Shown in pieces: positions 19,636-29,079 of a stretch of DNA of 64,000 nt. Both the position numbers and the translations under genes were made by a program. Under the pieces are notes generated by a model, which was not told the origin of the DNA, searched no databases, and saw only the letters and a program-made list of their open reading frames with translations. Position 1 is the stretch's first letter. Every line of letters starts with the position of its first letter. Source of the stretch: Planctomycetota bacterium (GTDB lineage Bacteria; Planctomycetota; PLA2; JAEUHO01); the NCBI GenBank assembly GCA_965223505.1, contig CBDCWP010000034.1, positions 1-64,000 on the forward strand, written 5' to 3'.

Positions 19636-20588
19636 GCCGTCTCCCGGTTCGCCGCGCGCAGGATACGAGCCGGCGGCGCCTTCAGGTCACGTACGATGCC
19701 GAGCTTCTCGAAGACCTTGAGGACGTACCACGTCACGTCGATCTCCCACCAGAAGAAGCCCTGGCGCGTCGACGCCGGATAGTGGTGATGGTTGTTGTGC
19801 CACCCCTCGCCGAAGGTCAGCAGCGCGAGGAGCCAGTTGTTGCGGCTGTCATCCGCGGTCGCGTAGCGTCGGCGACCGAAGCGGTGGGCGAGCGAGTTGA
19901 TCGTCACGCTCGCGTGGAACAGCACGGTCGTGGAGATGAAGAACCCCCACACGAGCATCTGCATGCCCGACGTGCCGAGCTGCGGCGCGACGGACTCCAG
20001 AAGGGCGCCGAAGCCCCAAAGCGAAACCGCGAGCAGGACGGGTACGAGCACGTTGAATCGATCGAGGAAACGAAGCTCGGGGTAGCGGGCCAGGTCGGGC
20101 ACCGCTTCGAGGTCGGTCGCGAAGTTCGCCGGGGCCGTGATCCAACCGATGTGGCTCCACCAGAAGCCGTGAACGCGCGGCGAGTGAACGTCTTCGCGGC
20201 GGTCGGAGCGACGGTGGTGCTTGCGGTGATGCGCCGCCCACCACAGTGGGCCGCGTTGCACTGCGGAGTTGCCGAGGACCGCGAAGACGAGCTGCCAGAA
20301 GCGATTCGTCTTGAAGGAGCGATGCGAGAAGTAGCGGTGATAGAAGGCCGTGACCGCGAACATCCGAGTTCCGTAGAGCGCGGCGGCGGTCAGCACCGCG
20401 ACGGGACTCCAGCCCACCCAGATCACGCCCAGACAGGCGACGTGCAGCGTGACGAACGGCAGGACCCGCAGCCAGTCGACGCGACGCCGGGTCGAGGCGG
20501 AGGGCTCCGTGTCGGGGGCGCCCGCGTCGACCCATCGAAGGATCGCCGTCAGGGGGCGCGAGCGGGCTCTGGTGGCGCGAATCGTCAT
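19632..20588 (-). CDS. Membrane acyl-CoA (delta-9-type) desaturase
   Basis: His boxes HRYFSH, HRKHH and HNNHH. Confidence 0.92.
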   Translation of the reverse strand: MTIRATRARSRPLTAILRWVDAGAPDTEPSASTRRRVDWLRVLPFVTLHVACLGVIWVGWSPVAVLTAAALYGTRMFAVTAFYHRYFSHRSFKTNRFWQLVFAVLGNSAVQRGPLWWAAHHRKHHRRSDRREDVHSPRVHGFWWSHIGWITAPANFATDLEAVPDLARYPELRFLDRFNVLVPVLLAVSLWGFGALLESVAPQLGTSGMQMLVWGFFISTTVLFHASVTINSLAHRFGRRRYATADDSRNNWLLALLTFGEGWHNNHHHYPASTRQGFFWWEIDVTWYVLKVFEKLGIVRDLKAPPARILRAANRETA

Positions 20589-20606
20589 TTCGTATAGAAA
20601 AATATA

Positions 20607-20629
20607 TGGACATTTTGTGATTATGTCCA
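20607..20629. promoter_or_regulatory. Inverted repeat TGGACAT-N9-ATGTCCA in a 51-bp AT-rich divergent promoter region
   Basis: Perfect 7-bp dyad between the start codons at 20588 (-) and 20640 (+). Confidence 0.6.
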
Positions 20630-20639
20630 GAATAGAACC

Positions 20640-21452
20640 ATGACAAATCTGGCGACGCTTCCCTGGCATCTGCTGCCGGTCGGCCTCGGGGCCGGTTGTG
20701 CGTTGATGGTGCTCCTCTGGGTGGTGGGCGTCCGCCTGCGCAACGCCGCGATCGTCGACGTCGGTTGGTCGTTTCTTCTGGGCGCGCTCGCGGTGTTCTA
20801 CGCGGCGGCTGCCGACGGTGCTCCGAGCCGGCGGGTCGCGCTCGCCGTCATCGTCGGGGCGTGGTCACTTCGGCTCACGATTCACATCTTCTTCGAGCGC
20901 GTCTGGAAGCAGCCGGAGGAGGGCCGCTACGCGAAGCTTCGCGAACACTGGGGCGCAGACGCCGATCGAAACCTGGTGGGCTTCTTTCTCGGGCAGGCGG
21001 TGCTCGCTTCGGTGCTGTCCGTCACGTTTCTTCTCGTCGCGTCGGATGCGAGGGCCTTCTTCCAGCCGCTCGACCTCGTCGCGCTCGCAGTGTTCATGGC
21101 GGGGTGGATCGGAGAGGCCGTCGCCGATCGGCAGCTCAAGCGGTTCAAAGCCGATCCCGACAATCGCGGGCTCGTCATGAACCGGGGTCTGTGGCGCTGG
21201 TCGCGCCACCCCAACTATTTCTTCGAGTGGCTCATGTGGTGCGCGTACGGCGTGTTGGCACTGCCGGCGCGCATGGGCTGGATCGGTCTGGTGTCGCCCG
21301 TGCTGATGTACGTCTTCATTACGCGGTTGACGGGTATTCCCACCAGCGAAGCACAAGCGCTGCGGTCGCGCGGGGACGCGTACCGCCGCTATCAGGAAAC
21401 GACGTCTGCATTCGTACCGTGGCCGCCGAGTCACGAGAAAGGCGCCGCATGA
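20640..21452 (+). CDS. DUF1295 membrane protein (steroid 5-alpha-reductase-like)
   Basis: NAAIVDVGW, EEGRY, GEAVADRQL, GLWRWSRHPNYFFE, YRRYQETTSAF. Confidence 0.9.
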   Translation: MTNLATLPWHLLPVGLGAGCALMVLLWVVGVRLRNAAIVDVGWSFLLGALAVFYAAAADGAPSRRVALAVIVGAWSLRLTIHIFFERVWKQPEEGRYAKLREHWGADADRNLVGFFLGQAVLASVLSVTFLLVASDARAFFQPLDLVALAVFMAGWIGEAVADRQLKRFKADPDNRGLVMNRGLWRWSRHPNYFFEWLMWCAYGVLALPARMGWIGLVSPVLMYVFITRLTGIPTSEAQALRSRGDAYRRYQETTSAFVPWPPSHEKGAA

Positions 21453-22477
21453 GCGCAATGACCCTGATGGACCGAGGCCTCCTCCCGGACTGGTTGATTC
21501 GCACCGGCATTCGCCGGCTGCTGCGAGCTCGGCTACGAAAGGAGGACCAGGGGAGCGAAGCTGCGAATCGCGCGCGCTTCGAGCGCTACGTCGAGCGTCT
21601 GCGCTCGGCGCCGCTCGCCGTCGCCGTAGACGACGCCAACGAGCAGCACTACGAGGTGCCGGCGCGGTTCTTCGAGCACGTCATGGGCAAACACCTGAAG
21701 TACAGCTGCGGCCTCTGGAACGACGGCGTGACGGACCTGGACGAGGCCGAAGCGGCGATGTTGGCGCTGACCGTCGAACGCGGCCGACTCGAGGACGGCA
21801 TGAAGGTGCTCGACCTCGGCTGCGGTTGGGGGTCGTTGTCGCTTTGGATCGGACGGCACTTCCCGAACTGCGAGGTGCTGGCGATCTCGAACTCGCACAG
21901 CCAACGCGTCTTCATCGAGGGGCGCTGCCGCGCGGCGGGCATCACGAACGTCACCGTCGAAACCCGTGACGTCAACGACTTCGAGACCACCCGGCGCTTC
22001 GACCGCGTGTTCTCGGTCGAGATGTTCGAGCACGTGCGCAACTACGAGGAGCTGCTGCGCCGCATCGGCACGTGGCTGGAGCCGGACGGCAAGCTGTTCG
22101 TCCACGTCTTCGCGCACCGGACGTTCGCATACCCGTTCGAGACCGACGGCGCGGCCAATTGGATGGGGCGCAACTTCTTCACGGGCGGCCAGATGCCGTC
22201 GGCGGACCTCCTGCCGCGCTTCCAGGACGACTTGCGGCTCGTCGAGCAGTGGGCCGTCAACGGGACGCACTACGCCAAGACGGCCCGTGCGTGGCTCGAA
22301 AACCTGGACGCGCGGCGCGCCGACGCACTCGACGCGCTCGGCGCGCGTCGCGACGCGTCCGAGGCAGCGGTTGCGCTTCGCCGGTGGCGCGTGTTCCTGA
22401 TGGCGTGCGAGGAGCTGTGGGCATTTCGACGAGGGACCGAGTGGCTGGTCTGTCACTACCTCTTCGAGAAGCCGTAG
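21449..22477 (+). CDS. SAM-dependent methyltransferase of the Cfa/coclaurine N-methyltransferase family
   Basis: ANEQHYEVP, KYSC, LDLGCGWGSL, SVEMFEH, FFTGGQMPS. Confidence 0.92.
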   Translation: MSAMTLMDRGLLPDWLIRTGIRRLLRARLRKEDQGSEAANRARFERYVERLRSAPLAVAVDDANEQHYEVPARFFEHVMGKHLKYSCGLWNDGVTDLDEAEAAMLALTVERGRLEDGMKVLDLGCGWGSLSLWIGRHFPNCEVLAISNSHSQRVFIEGRCRAAGITNVTVETRDVNDFETTRRFDRVFSVEMFEHVRNYEELLRRIGTWLEPDGKLFVHVFAHRTFAYPFETDGAANWMGRNFFTGGQMPSADLLPRFQDDLRLVEQWAVNGTHYAKTARAWLENLDARRADALDALGARRDASEAAVALRRWRVFLMACEELWAFRRGTEWLVCHYLFEKP

Positions 22478-22496
22478 TACGCTTGCCGCCCCGCGC

Positions 22497-22582
22497 GCGA
22501 GAGTGGCGGAACTGGCAGACGCACCAGATTTAGGATCTGGCGCCCAGAGATGGGCTTGGGAGTTCGAGTCTCCCCTCTCGCA
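22497..22582 (+). tRNA. tRNA-Leu(TAG)
   Basis: Acceptor GCGAGAG/CTCTCGC, anticodon arm CCAGA-TTTAGGA-TCTGG, long variable arm, GGGAG-TTCGAGT-CTCCC T-arm; CCA not encoded. Confidence 0.96.
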
Positions 22583-22808
22583 CGTCACCTCGTCGCGGAT
22601 CCTCACGCACTGTGCTCCGCTCGTAACAGTAGCGCCCGGCCGCGGTGGCAACTTCGTGCACACCTTGCCGGTATTGCTAACGACGTTGTCGGGACTACGG
22701 ACGTCAATTCAACGCACGCAAATCGTGAATTGACATGCGGCCGCCGCAGAGAGGTGGAAATTAGCGGTAGTGACTCCAGCCGGGGAATCACGACTTCGGA
22801 AGCGAACG

Positions 22809-23675
22809 GTGGGAATCAAGTTCGTCATTGCCGTAGGCGTCGTTGTCGCGCTCGCGACTGCACTTGCCGTGTCGTGGGACGGCGACGCGGACGCGTTCTC
22901 GAACGAGCCTTCGTTCTACGTTCGAACGATTCATCGCGGTGACCGCTCGAGCGAGCGCATGCGTCCCACCATCATCAGTCCGATCGCGTCCGAGGCGAAA
23001 CACCCGAACTGTCCACCCACGCTCAACATGCGTTGCAGCGATGGACATGGCGACCTGCTCGCGCCGTATTGGCGTTCCGTCGGATCGATGACGTCCGCGG
23101 ACGCCTCCGAGGTGTTCGAACCGCTCGCGCGCGAATGGCGCATCCTGGGCAAGCGCATTCTCGACGACGACGTCGGGCGGCCGGTGCGCGTGTTGATCAA
23201 GCACTATCCGCGCACGAAGGTGCCAGGGCGCTGCGTGACGATCCACGTCACGTTCTACAGCGTTCCCGATCCCCGATTCGACGAGGGCGCTCCGGCGTCC
23301 GACGGGCGGGTGGAGGGCGTGCTCTTCGACGTTCGGCAGACCTGGCAGCTGCAGGGCGCCGAGCCCGTGCTGATCGAGGCATCGGTGGAGGTCACGACCG
23401 ACGTGCGGGCCGCCGGACATCGCCGCGGCTTCGCCTCGATCGCGAAGCCGGACGGCGCCCCCGAGTGGGGCGCCGATCCTGCCATGGGCGCTCATTTCTA
23501 CGGATATGGCGCCGGGCGACGCTACGGGACCGTGTGGTTCGATCGCGCCGCGGGAATCGGCGAGACGGATGCCTGGGCGAAGGTCTATCGCCTCGGCGAC
23601 GGCGCGGACGTGGCGATCGCCGATCTGACGCCGGCGCAGGCCGACGCGCTGCGTCGATTCGTCGAGCGGTTCTAG
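22809..23675 (+). CDS. Hypothetical exported protein
   Basis: Signal-peptide-like N-terminus; about 290-codon open frame; no family recognised. Confidence 0.55.
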   Translation: MGIKFVIAVGVVVALATALAVSWDGDADAFSNEPSFYVRTIHRGDRSSERMRPTIISPIASEAKHPNCPPTLNMRCSDGHGDLLAPYWRSVGSMTSADASEVFEPLAREWRILGKRILDDDVGRPVRVLIKHYPRTKVPGRCVTIHVTFYSVPDPRFDEGAPASDGRVEGVLFDVRQTWQLQGAEPVLIEASVEVTTDVRAAGHRRGFASIAKPDGAPEWGADPAMGAHFYGYGAGRRYGTVWFDRAAGIGETDAWAKVYRLGDGADVAIADLTPAQADALRRFVERF

Positions 23676-23679
23676 CCGG

Positions 23680-24747
23680 CTAGGGTCCGTCCGACGGCGG
23701 CGGTTCGCGCTGCAGAACCGCGATGCGGCCGCCCCACCCGGCGCCCTGCAACCGCGCGCCGTAGACGTCCTCCTCTTGTTGGAACGCGTGGACCTTCTCG
23801 TCGATCTGCTCGAGCGAGGAAGCGAAGTCGACGGACAGGCTCTCGTGGCACTCGTTCATGAGCCGTCCGAGCTCGTCCGGGTCACCGGTCTCGAGTGCGC
23901 GTCGCCCCCGGCGCACGCGCTCGGATTCGGTGACAACGTGCCGGACCCGTCCCGCCACGTGTGGAGGGAATTGGCGGGCGACGCGCTCGAAGTCGTCGAG
24001 CGACAGGTCGGTCAACGACTCGAGACCGTCGATCTGCTTCTGGAGGAAGTCGAGGGCGCGGGCCAGCTCCTTGCGGCGCGCGTTGTACGGCGTGTTCGAC
24101 AGCTTGCGCTTGAAACCGCTCGAGCGCGTCGTTACTTGCGTTCCTTCCGGCAGCGAGAGCGTCTCGTGGCTCGCGTTCCTGCAGTTGATGTGCAGGACGT
24201 CGCCGGGTTGGCCGACCATCGCGATGTACGGGTCGAGCGGACCGCACGAAACGCCCGCCCACTTGGACTCGACGTAGCGGACGGCCTTGACGATGTCCGT
24301 GGGGGAGGGCTCTTCGTCCAGCACCCCGTACAGCGCGCAGAAGATCGAGACGAGATACGCCGCCGACGAAGCGAGGCCCTGCTCGACCTTGAGATCGCCG
24401 AAGATCATGAGATCGAGTCCCGGACACCGGCGGTGATTGGCGACATAGGCGCAGGCGCCACGCGCGAGGTCCGACCACCGCCGACCCGTCTTGATCCACT
24501 CGCCGTGCGTGAAGTGGTCTTTCGCCCGCGCGTTCATCGCCCACACGGCGGTGCGTGTGTCGGGACGCAGCGCCCACGCGACCGCAACGCCCTCCGCCGT
24601 CGGCACGGCGAGGACCGAGCCCTGTTGATGGTCGAGGTGCTCACCGAGTAACACGACGCGACCGGGCGAGACGACGACGCCTTGGGGTTCGCGCCCGATG
24701 CGGCTGCTGAACAACAGCTCGGCCTTGGTGCGAATCGACATCGCCAT
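23680..24747 (-). CDS. galK: Galactokinase-like GHMP kinase
   Basis: [51 protein letters not shown]. Confidence 0.8.
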   Translation of the reverse strand: MAMSIRTKAELLFSSRIGREPQGVVVSPGRVVLLGEHLDHQQGSVLAVPTAEGVAVAWALRPDTRTAVWAMNARAKDHFTHGEWIKTGRRWSDLARGACAYVANHRRCPGLDLMIFGDLKVEQGLASSAAYLVSIFCALYGVLDEEPSPTDIVKAVRYVESKWAGVSCGPLDPYIAMVGQPGDVLHINCRNASHETLSLPEGTQVTTRSSGFKRKLSNTPYNARRKELARALDFLQKQIDGLESLTDLSLDDFERVARQFPPHVAGRVRHVVTESERVRRGRRALETGDPDELGRLMNECHESLSVDFASSLEQIDEKVHAFQQEEDVYGARLQGAGWGGRIAVLQREPPPSDGP

Positions 24748-24856
24748 GAACGTGCGCGTCTCCGAGTGGACCGGCTCAGACGATAGCCGGTCAATGCGTG
24801 GCGGGGATCGCGGAAATCGCCTCCGCGGGCCGTGGTCCTGCTACGGTTTCCGCCCC

Positions 24857-25525
<669 letters not shown>

Positions 25526-25555
25526 GCGATCCGCGCGCGCCCGTCGCTCGACCGG

Positions 25556-25948
25556 CTAGAGGGCGTCGCGAATGCGCGCGGCCATCGTTGCCAGGTCGTC
25601 CGGGTCGGACGAACCGCGGCGCGGCGGCATCACGTAGTCTTCGAGACGGTTGGTCGGAATCAGATGCACGTGCGCGTGCGCGATCTCGTAACCCTGCACG
25701 TTGACGATGACGCGCGCGCAACCCGTCGCCTTGCGAACGGCGGCTTCCACGACCCGCACCGCGTTCCACAAGGCGGTGTAGGCGTTGCCTTCGAGGTCGA
25801 AGAGATAGTCGACCTCCTGCTTCGGGATCACGAGGGTGTGTCCCGCATGCAGCGGATTGATGTCGAGGAACGCGAAGTGATCCTCGTCTTCGTACACCTT
25901 GTGGCTGGGGATCTCGCCCGCCACGATCTTCGAGAAGAGCGTCGACAT
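25556..25948 (-). CDS. HIT family nucleotide hydrolase
   Basis: FSKIVAGEIP, AFLDINP..GHTLVIPK, HAHVHLIP triad. Confidence 0.93.
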   Translation of the reverse strand: MSTLFSKIVAGEIPSHKVYEDEDHFAFLDINPLHAGHTLVIPKQEVDYLFDLEGNAYTALWNAVRVVEAAVRKATGCARVIVNVQGYEIAHAHVHLIPTNRLEDYVMPPRRGSSDPDDLATMAARIRDAL

Positions 25949-26004
25949 CAACGCATCGTAAGTCGACGGCGATGCGTGGGCCAGCGCGCGAGCGCCGCGC
26001 GAAC

Positions 26005-26454
26005 CTACGCGTTGTCGGCTTCGACCGGCAGCGCTTCGAGGGTCTCCTCGACGGGCGTGCGGTCGCTGAAGCCCTTGTCCGCGGGGTGCCACCAGCCGAC
26101 CGTCTCTTCGCCCAGTCGCCACGACAAGTAGGCAGGCTCGCCGGAAATGAGCGTCGGAAAGTCAACCAGGCCGAGCTCGAGGTCGCGAACTTCGAGGCCG
26201 AGCTCGGAGAGCTCCTGCAGGTAGCTCTCGATGCGCATCGAGTGATCGCTCACCTCGTCCTTGAGCGCTTCGATGCGACGGCAGGCGTCGAGACTCCCGC
26301 TCGTTTCGACCTCGAGCGCACGGCGCTCACGACCCGCGGTGCGAAGCATCCGAAAGTCGTTGACGATGTCGCGAACGATCGACCGCACGAGCGGAAGAAC
26401 CCGATTTGCCTCTTCGACGTCGTAGAGCGTCCTGGTCACCGTGCTCGTGCTCAT
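26005..26454 (-). CDS. DUF2203 family protein
   Basis: EEANRVLP, RDLELGLVDFP, YLSWRLGE..WWH...GF..R. Confidence 0.88.
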   Translation of the reverse strand: MSTSTVTRTLYDVEEANRVLPLVRSIVRDIVNDFRMLRTAGRERRALEVETSGSLDACRRIEALKDEVSDHSMRIESYLQELSELGLEVRDLELGLVDFPTLISGEPAYLSWRLGEETVGWWHPADKGFSDRTPVEETLEALPVEADNA

Positions 26455-26593
26455 CGCTGCCTCGCCTCCAACCGCCTTCACACTGCAATCGGTCGGATGG
26501 GGCTTGGATCTGAAGTGCTGCACGGCCGTGCTGACATCGGTTGAACGTTCCTGCGTTCGTACTTTGTCACCAAACGGTCACAAAGGGCTTGTG

Positions 26594-27442
26594 CTAGCTG
26601 TCTCCGAGCAGCTCGACGCGCACGCCGTCCCACACGGTTTCCCGCAACAAATGCCGGGTCAGGGCGACCGCGCCGCGCGGGGAGGTCAGCGAGCGCTCCG
26701 CCGGCCGGCCGAGGCGGATCCGGACGGATTCGCCGTTCACGCTCGCGGCTTCGAGCGGCATTCCGAGCGATCGCAGCAGCGTGCCGGCGCGAACCAGCGT
26801 GATGCGCTCGACCGGATGGCGGTCTTCGCACGGCGGCGGCGCCTCCGCGCACGTCTCTTCGTCGATGAGCGCCAGCAGGTCCGCGCGGCACGATCGACAG
26901 CCCGTGCATGCGCCGCACGCGTCGCCGATCGCTTCCGGATCGCGCGCGCCGGCTTGAATGGCGCGTCGAATCGTACGGTCGCCGACGCCGAGACAACGGC
27001 AGACCAGAATGCCCGCGCCGTTCGGGTTCGCGGGCGCCCCGGCGTCGGACGCGCCGAGCGCTCGATGCAACGCGCGCACCGCGAACTGCGCACCTTGCTT
27101 CACGCGGTCGGGCAGCCTGCCGTTGGCCGTCGCGCCGTCACACAGGGCCGACTGCACGTCGCCCGCAGTGAAGGCGAGCGCCTCGTCCGCCGTCTTGCCG
27201 CGGATCACGTCGCTCAGCCACGACAACGGCGCCAACGCAGCGGCGCTCCCGAACGCTCGACCCGCCGCCTGGTCGATGACGGCGCGACCGCCGCCGGCAT
27301 CGCGATACGAGACGGTGATCCGAACGCCGAGGCCGCCGACCATGCTGCCGATCTCGCCCGATCCGTGCGCGACCGGCAGGTCGCCGACGTGCCGTGGCGT
27401 CACGAGGTGATCGACGTACGTTTCGGGCAGCTCCGGAATCAC
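26594..27442 (-). CDS. NifU-architecture protein (IscU-like, BFD-like [2Fe-2S] and Nfu-like domains) with degenerate scaffold domains
   Basis: DHLVTPRHVG, AFGSAAA, RGKTADEAL; BFD motif VCRC..GACTGCRSC. Confidence 0.75.
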   Translation of the reverse strand: MIPELPETYVDHLVTPRHVGDLPVAHGSGEIGSMVGGLGVRITVSYRDAGGGRAVIDQAAGRAFGSAAALAPLSWLSDVIRGKTADEALAFTAGDVQSALCDGATANGRLPDRVKQGAQFAVRALHRALGASDAGAPANPNGAGILVCRCLGVGDRTIRRAIQAGARDPEAIGDACGACTGCRSCRADLLALIDEETCAEAPPPCEDRHPVERITLVRAGTLLRSLGMPLEAASVNGESVRIRLGRPAERSLTSPRGAVALTRHLLRETVWDGVRVELLGDS

Positions 27443-28893
27443 CGCGCGGCTCCTTCCGTCGAAGGCGCGACGGATACGGGCGCGGGAATCTTCGCGGGCA
27501 ACACCTTGCCCGGGTTCAACAGCCCCTTCGGATCGAGGGCGTTCTTGATGGCGCGCATGGCCGCGAGCGCGACAGTGTCGCGGCACATCGGCAGATAGCG
27601 GCTTTGCGCGCACCCGACGCCGTGCTCGCCGGTGATCGTGCCGCCGAGGTCCACGGCGACCTGGAAGATCGCCTCGACCGCCGGCTGCAGCTTGCGCTCG
27701 CGCTCGGCACGGTCCGGACTGTCCGTGAGCACGTTGACGTGGATGTTGCCGTCACCGGCGTGCCCGTACGAGATCTGGCGAATGTCGAACCGACGTGCGA
27801 CCTCGCGGACGCCGCGCAGCAGATCGGGCACGCGGTTCGGCGGGACGGCCGTATCGCACTCGATGTACGCAGCGACCTTCTTGACGGCTTCGCCGAGGCA
27901 CTTGCGCACGCTCCAAAGCTCCTGCTCTTTCGCCGGCGTGTCCGCCAGCATCGCGTCGACCGCGCCGGCCTCCATGAGGACCTCGCCGACGCGCATGAGG
28001 TCGGCTTCCACCGCTGCTTCGTCGAAGCCGTCCACCTCGAGCAGGATCTGCGCCTCCGCGTCCGAGTAGGGCACGCTGCGACCGAGATGATCCTCCGCGG
28101 CTTTCAACGCCGCCTTCTCGACGATCTCGAGCGCCGCGGGCGTGATCCGCGAACGGTAGACGGCGACGATGCCCTTCGCCGCCGTGTCGAGGTCGTCGAA
28201 CGCGGCCAGCAACACGCGCCGGTGCGAAGGCATGGGGATCAACCGCAGCGTCGCCTCCGTGACGACGGCCAGGGTGCCCTCGCTGCCGACGAGCAGCTGC
28301 GTGAGGTTGTAGCCGGCGACGTCCTTGCGCAGCTTGCCGCCCGTGCGAAAGACCTCGCCGGCCGGGGTCACGGCTTCGAGCGAGACGACGTAGTCCTTCG
28401 TGAGGCCGTACTTGACGCAGTGGGGGCCGCCGGCGTTCTCGGCGATGTTGCCGCCGATGAGGCACGAACCGCTGCTGGCGGGGTCAGGCGGATAGTACAG
28501 CCCGCGCTTGGCGACCTCGTCCTGCAGCACGCCCGTGATGACACCCGGCTGCACGCGACACATGAGGTTGGCTTCGTCGATTTCGATGATCTCGTTCATC
28601 CGATCGACGCACAACACGATGCCGCCGAAGACCGGCAGCGCGCCGCCCGACAAGCCCGTGCCCGCGCCGCGCGGCGTGACGGGGATGTCGTTCGCGTCGG
28701 AGAGCTTCATGATCGCGGCGACCTGCTCGCTGTCGGAGGGCCGCACCGCGACCTCCGCGCGGTACTGCAGGTCTTCGGTTTCGTCGCGGCCGTATCGAGA
28801 GAGGTCGGGCTCGTGCCGCACGACGTACCGATCGCCCACGATCGACGCGAGCGATTCCACGATCTCGGGCGTGACGGCGCCGTAGTCCCTCAT
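27439..28893 (-). CDS. FAD-linked oxidase, GlcD/D-2-hydroxyacid dehydrogenase family
   Basis: PRGAGTGLSGG, YPPDPAS, NAGGPHCVKYG, GSEGTL, GHAGDGNIH, GEHGVG, LNPGK. Confidence 0.92.
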   Translation of the reverse strand: MRDYGAVTPEIVESLASIVGDRYVVRHEPDLSRYGRDETEDLQYRAEVAVRPSDSEQVAAIMKLSDANDIPVTPRGAGTGLSGGALPVFGGIVLCVDRMNEIIEIDEANLMCRVQPGVITGVLQDEVAKRGLYYPPDPASSGSCLIGGNIAENAGGPHCVKYGLTKDYVVSLEAVTPAGEVFRTGGKLRKDVAGYNLTQLLVGSEGTLAVVTEATLRLIPMPSHRRVLLAAFDDLDTAAKGIVAVYRSRITPAALEIVEKAALKAAEDHLGRSVPYSDAEAQILLEVDGFDEAAVEADLMRVGEVLMEAGAVDAMLADTPAKEQELWSVRKCLGEAVKKVAAYIECDTAVPPNRVPDLLRGVREVARRFDIRQISYGHAGDGNIHVNVLTDSPDRAERERKLQPAVEAIFQVAVDLGGTITGEHGVGCAQSRYLPMCRDTVALAAMRAIKNALDPKGLLNPGKVLPAKIPAPVSVAPSTEGAAR

Positions 28894-29079
28894 GCGGCCA
28901 TCTTGTTCCGGCCTGCACAGGCCGTCGGCAAAAACCCCGAGCGCAATTGGGTGGTGATCCGCGCGAGCACGCGGCTCGCCGGATGCTCGACGGCGCGACG
29001 CCGACCGCTGATCCAGGATCCGCAATTGCGCCGTGCGCGTGACGGCGCTATGCGTTTAGGAACAAGCGGAGACGGAACG

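Noticed and set aside
26594..27442. Nitrogen fixation locus
   Set aside because: No other nif genes and the scaffold cysteines are missing
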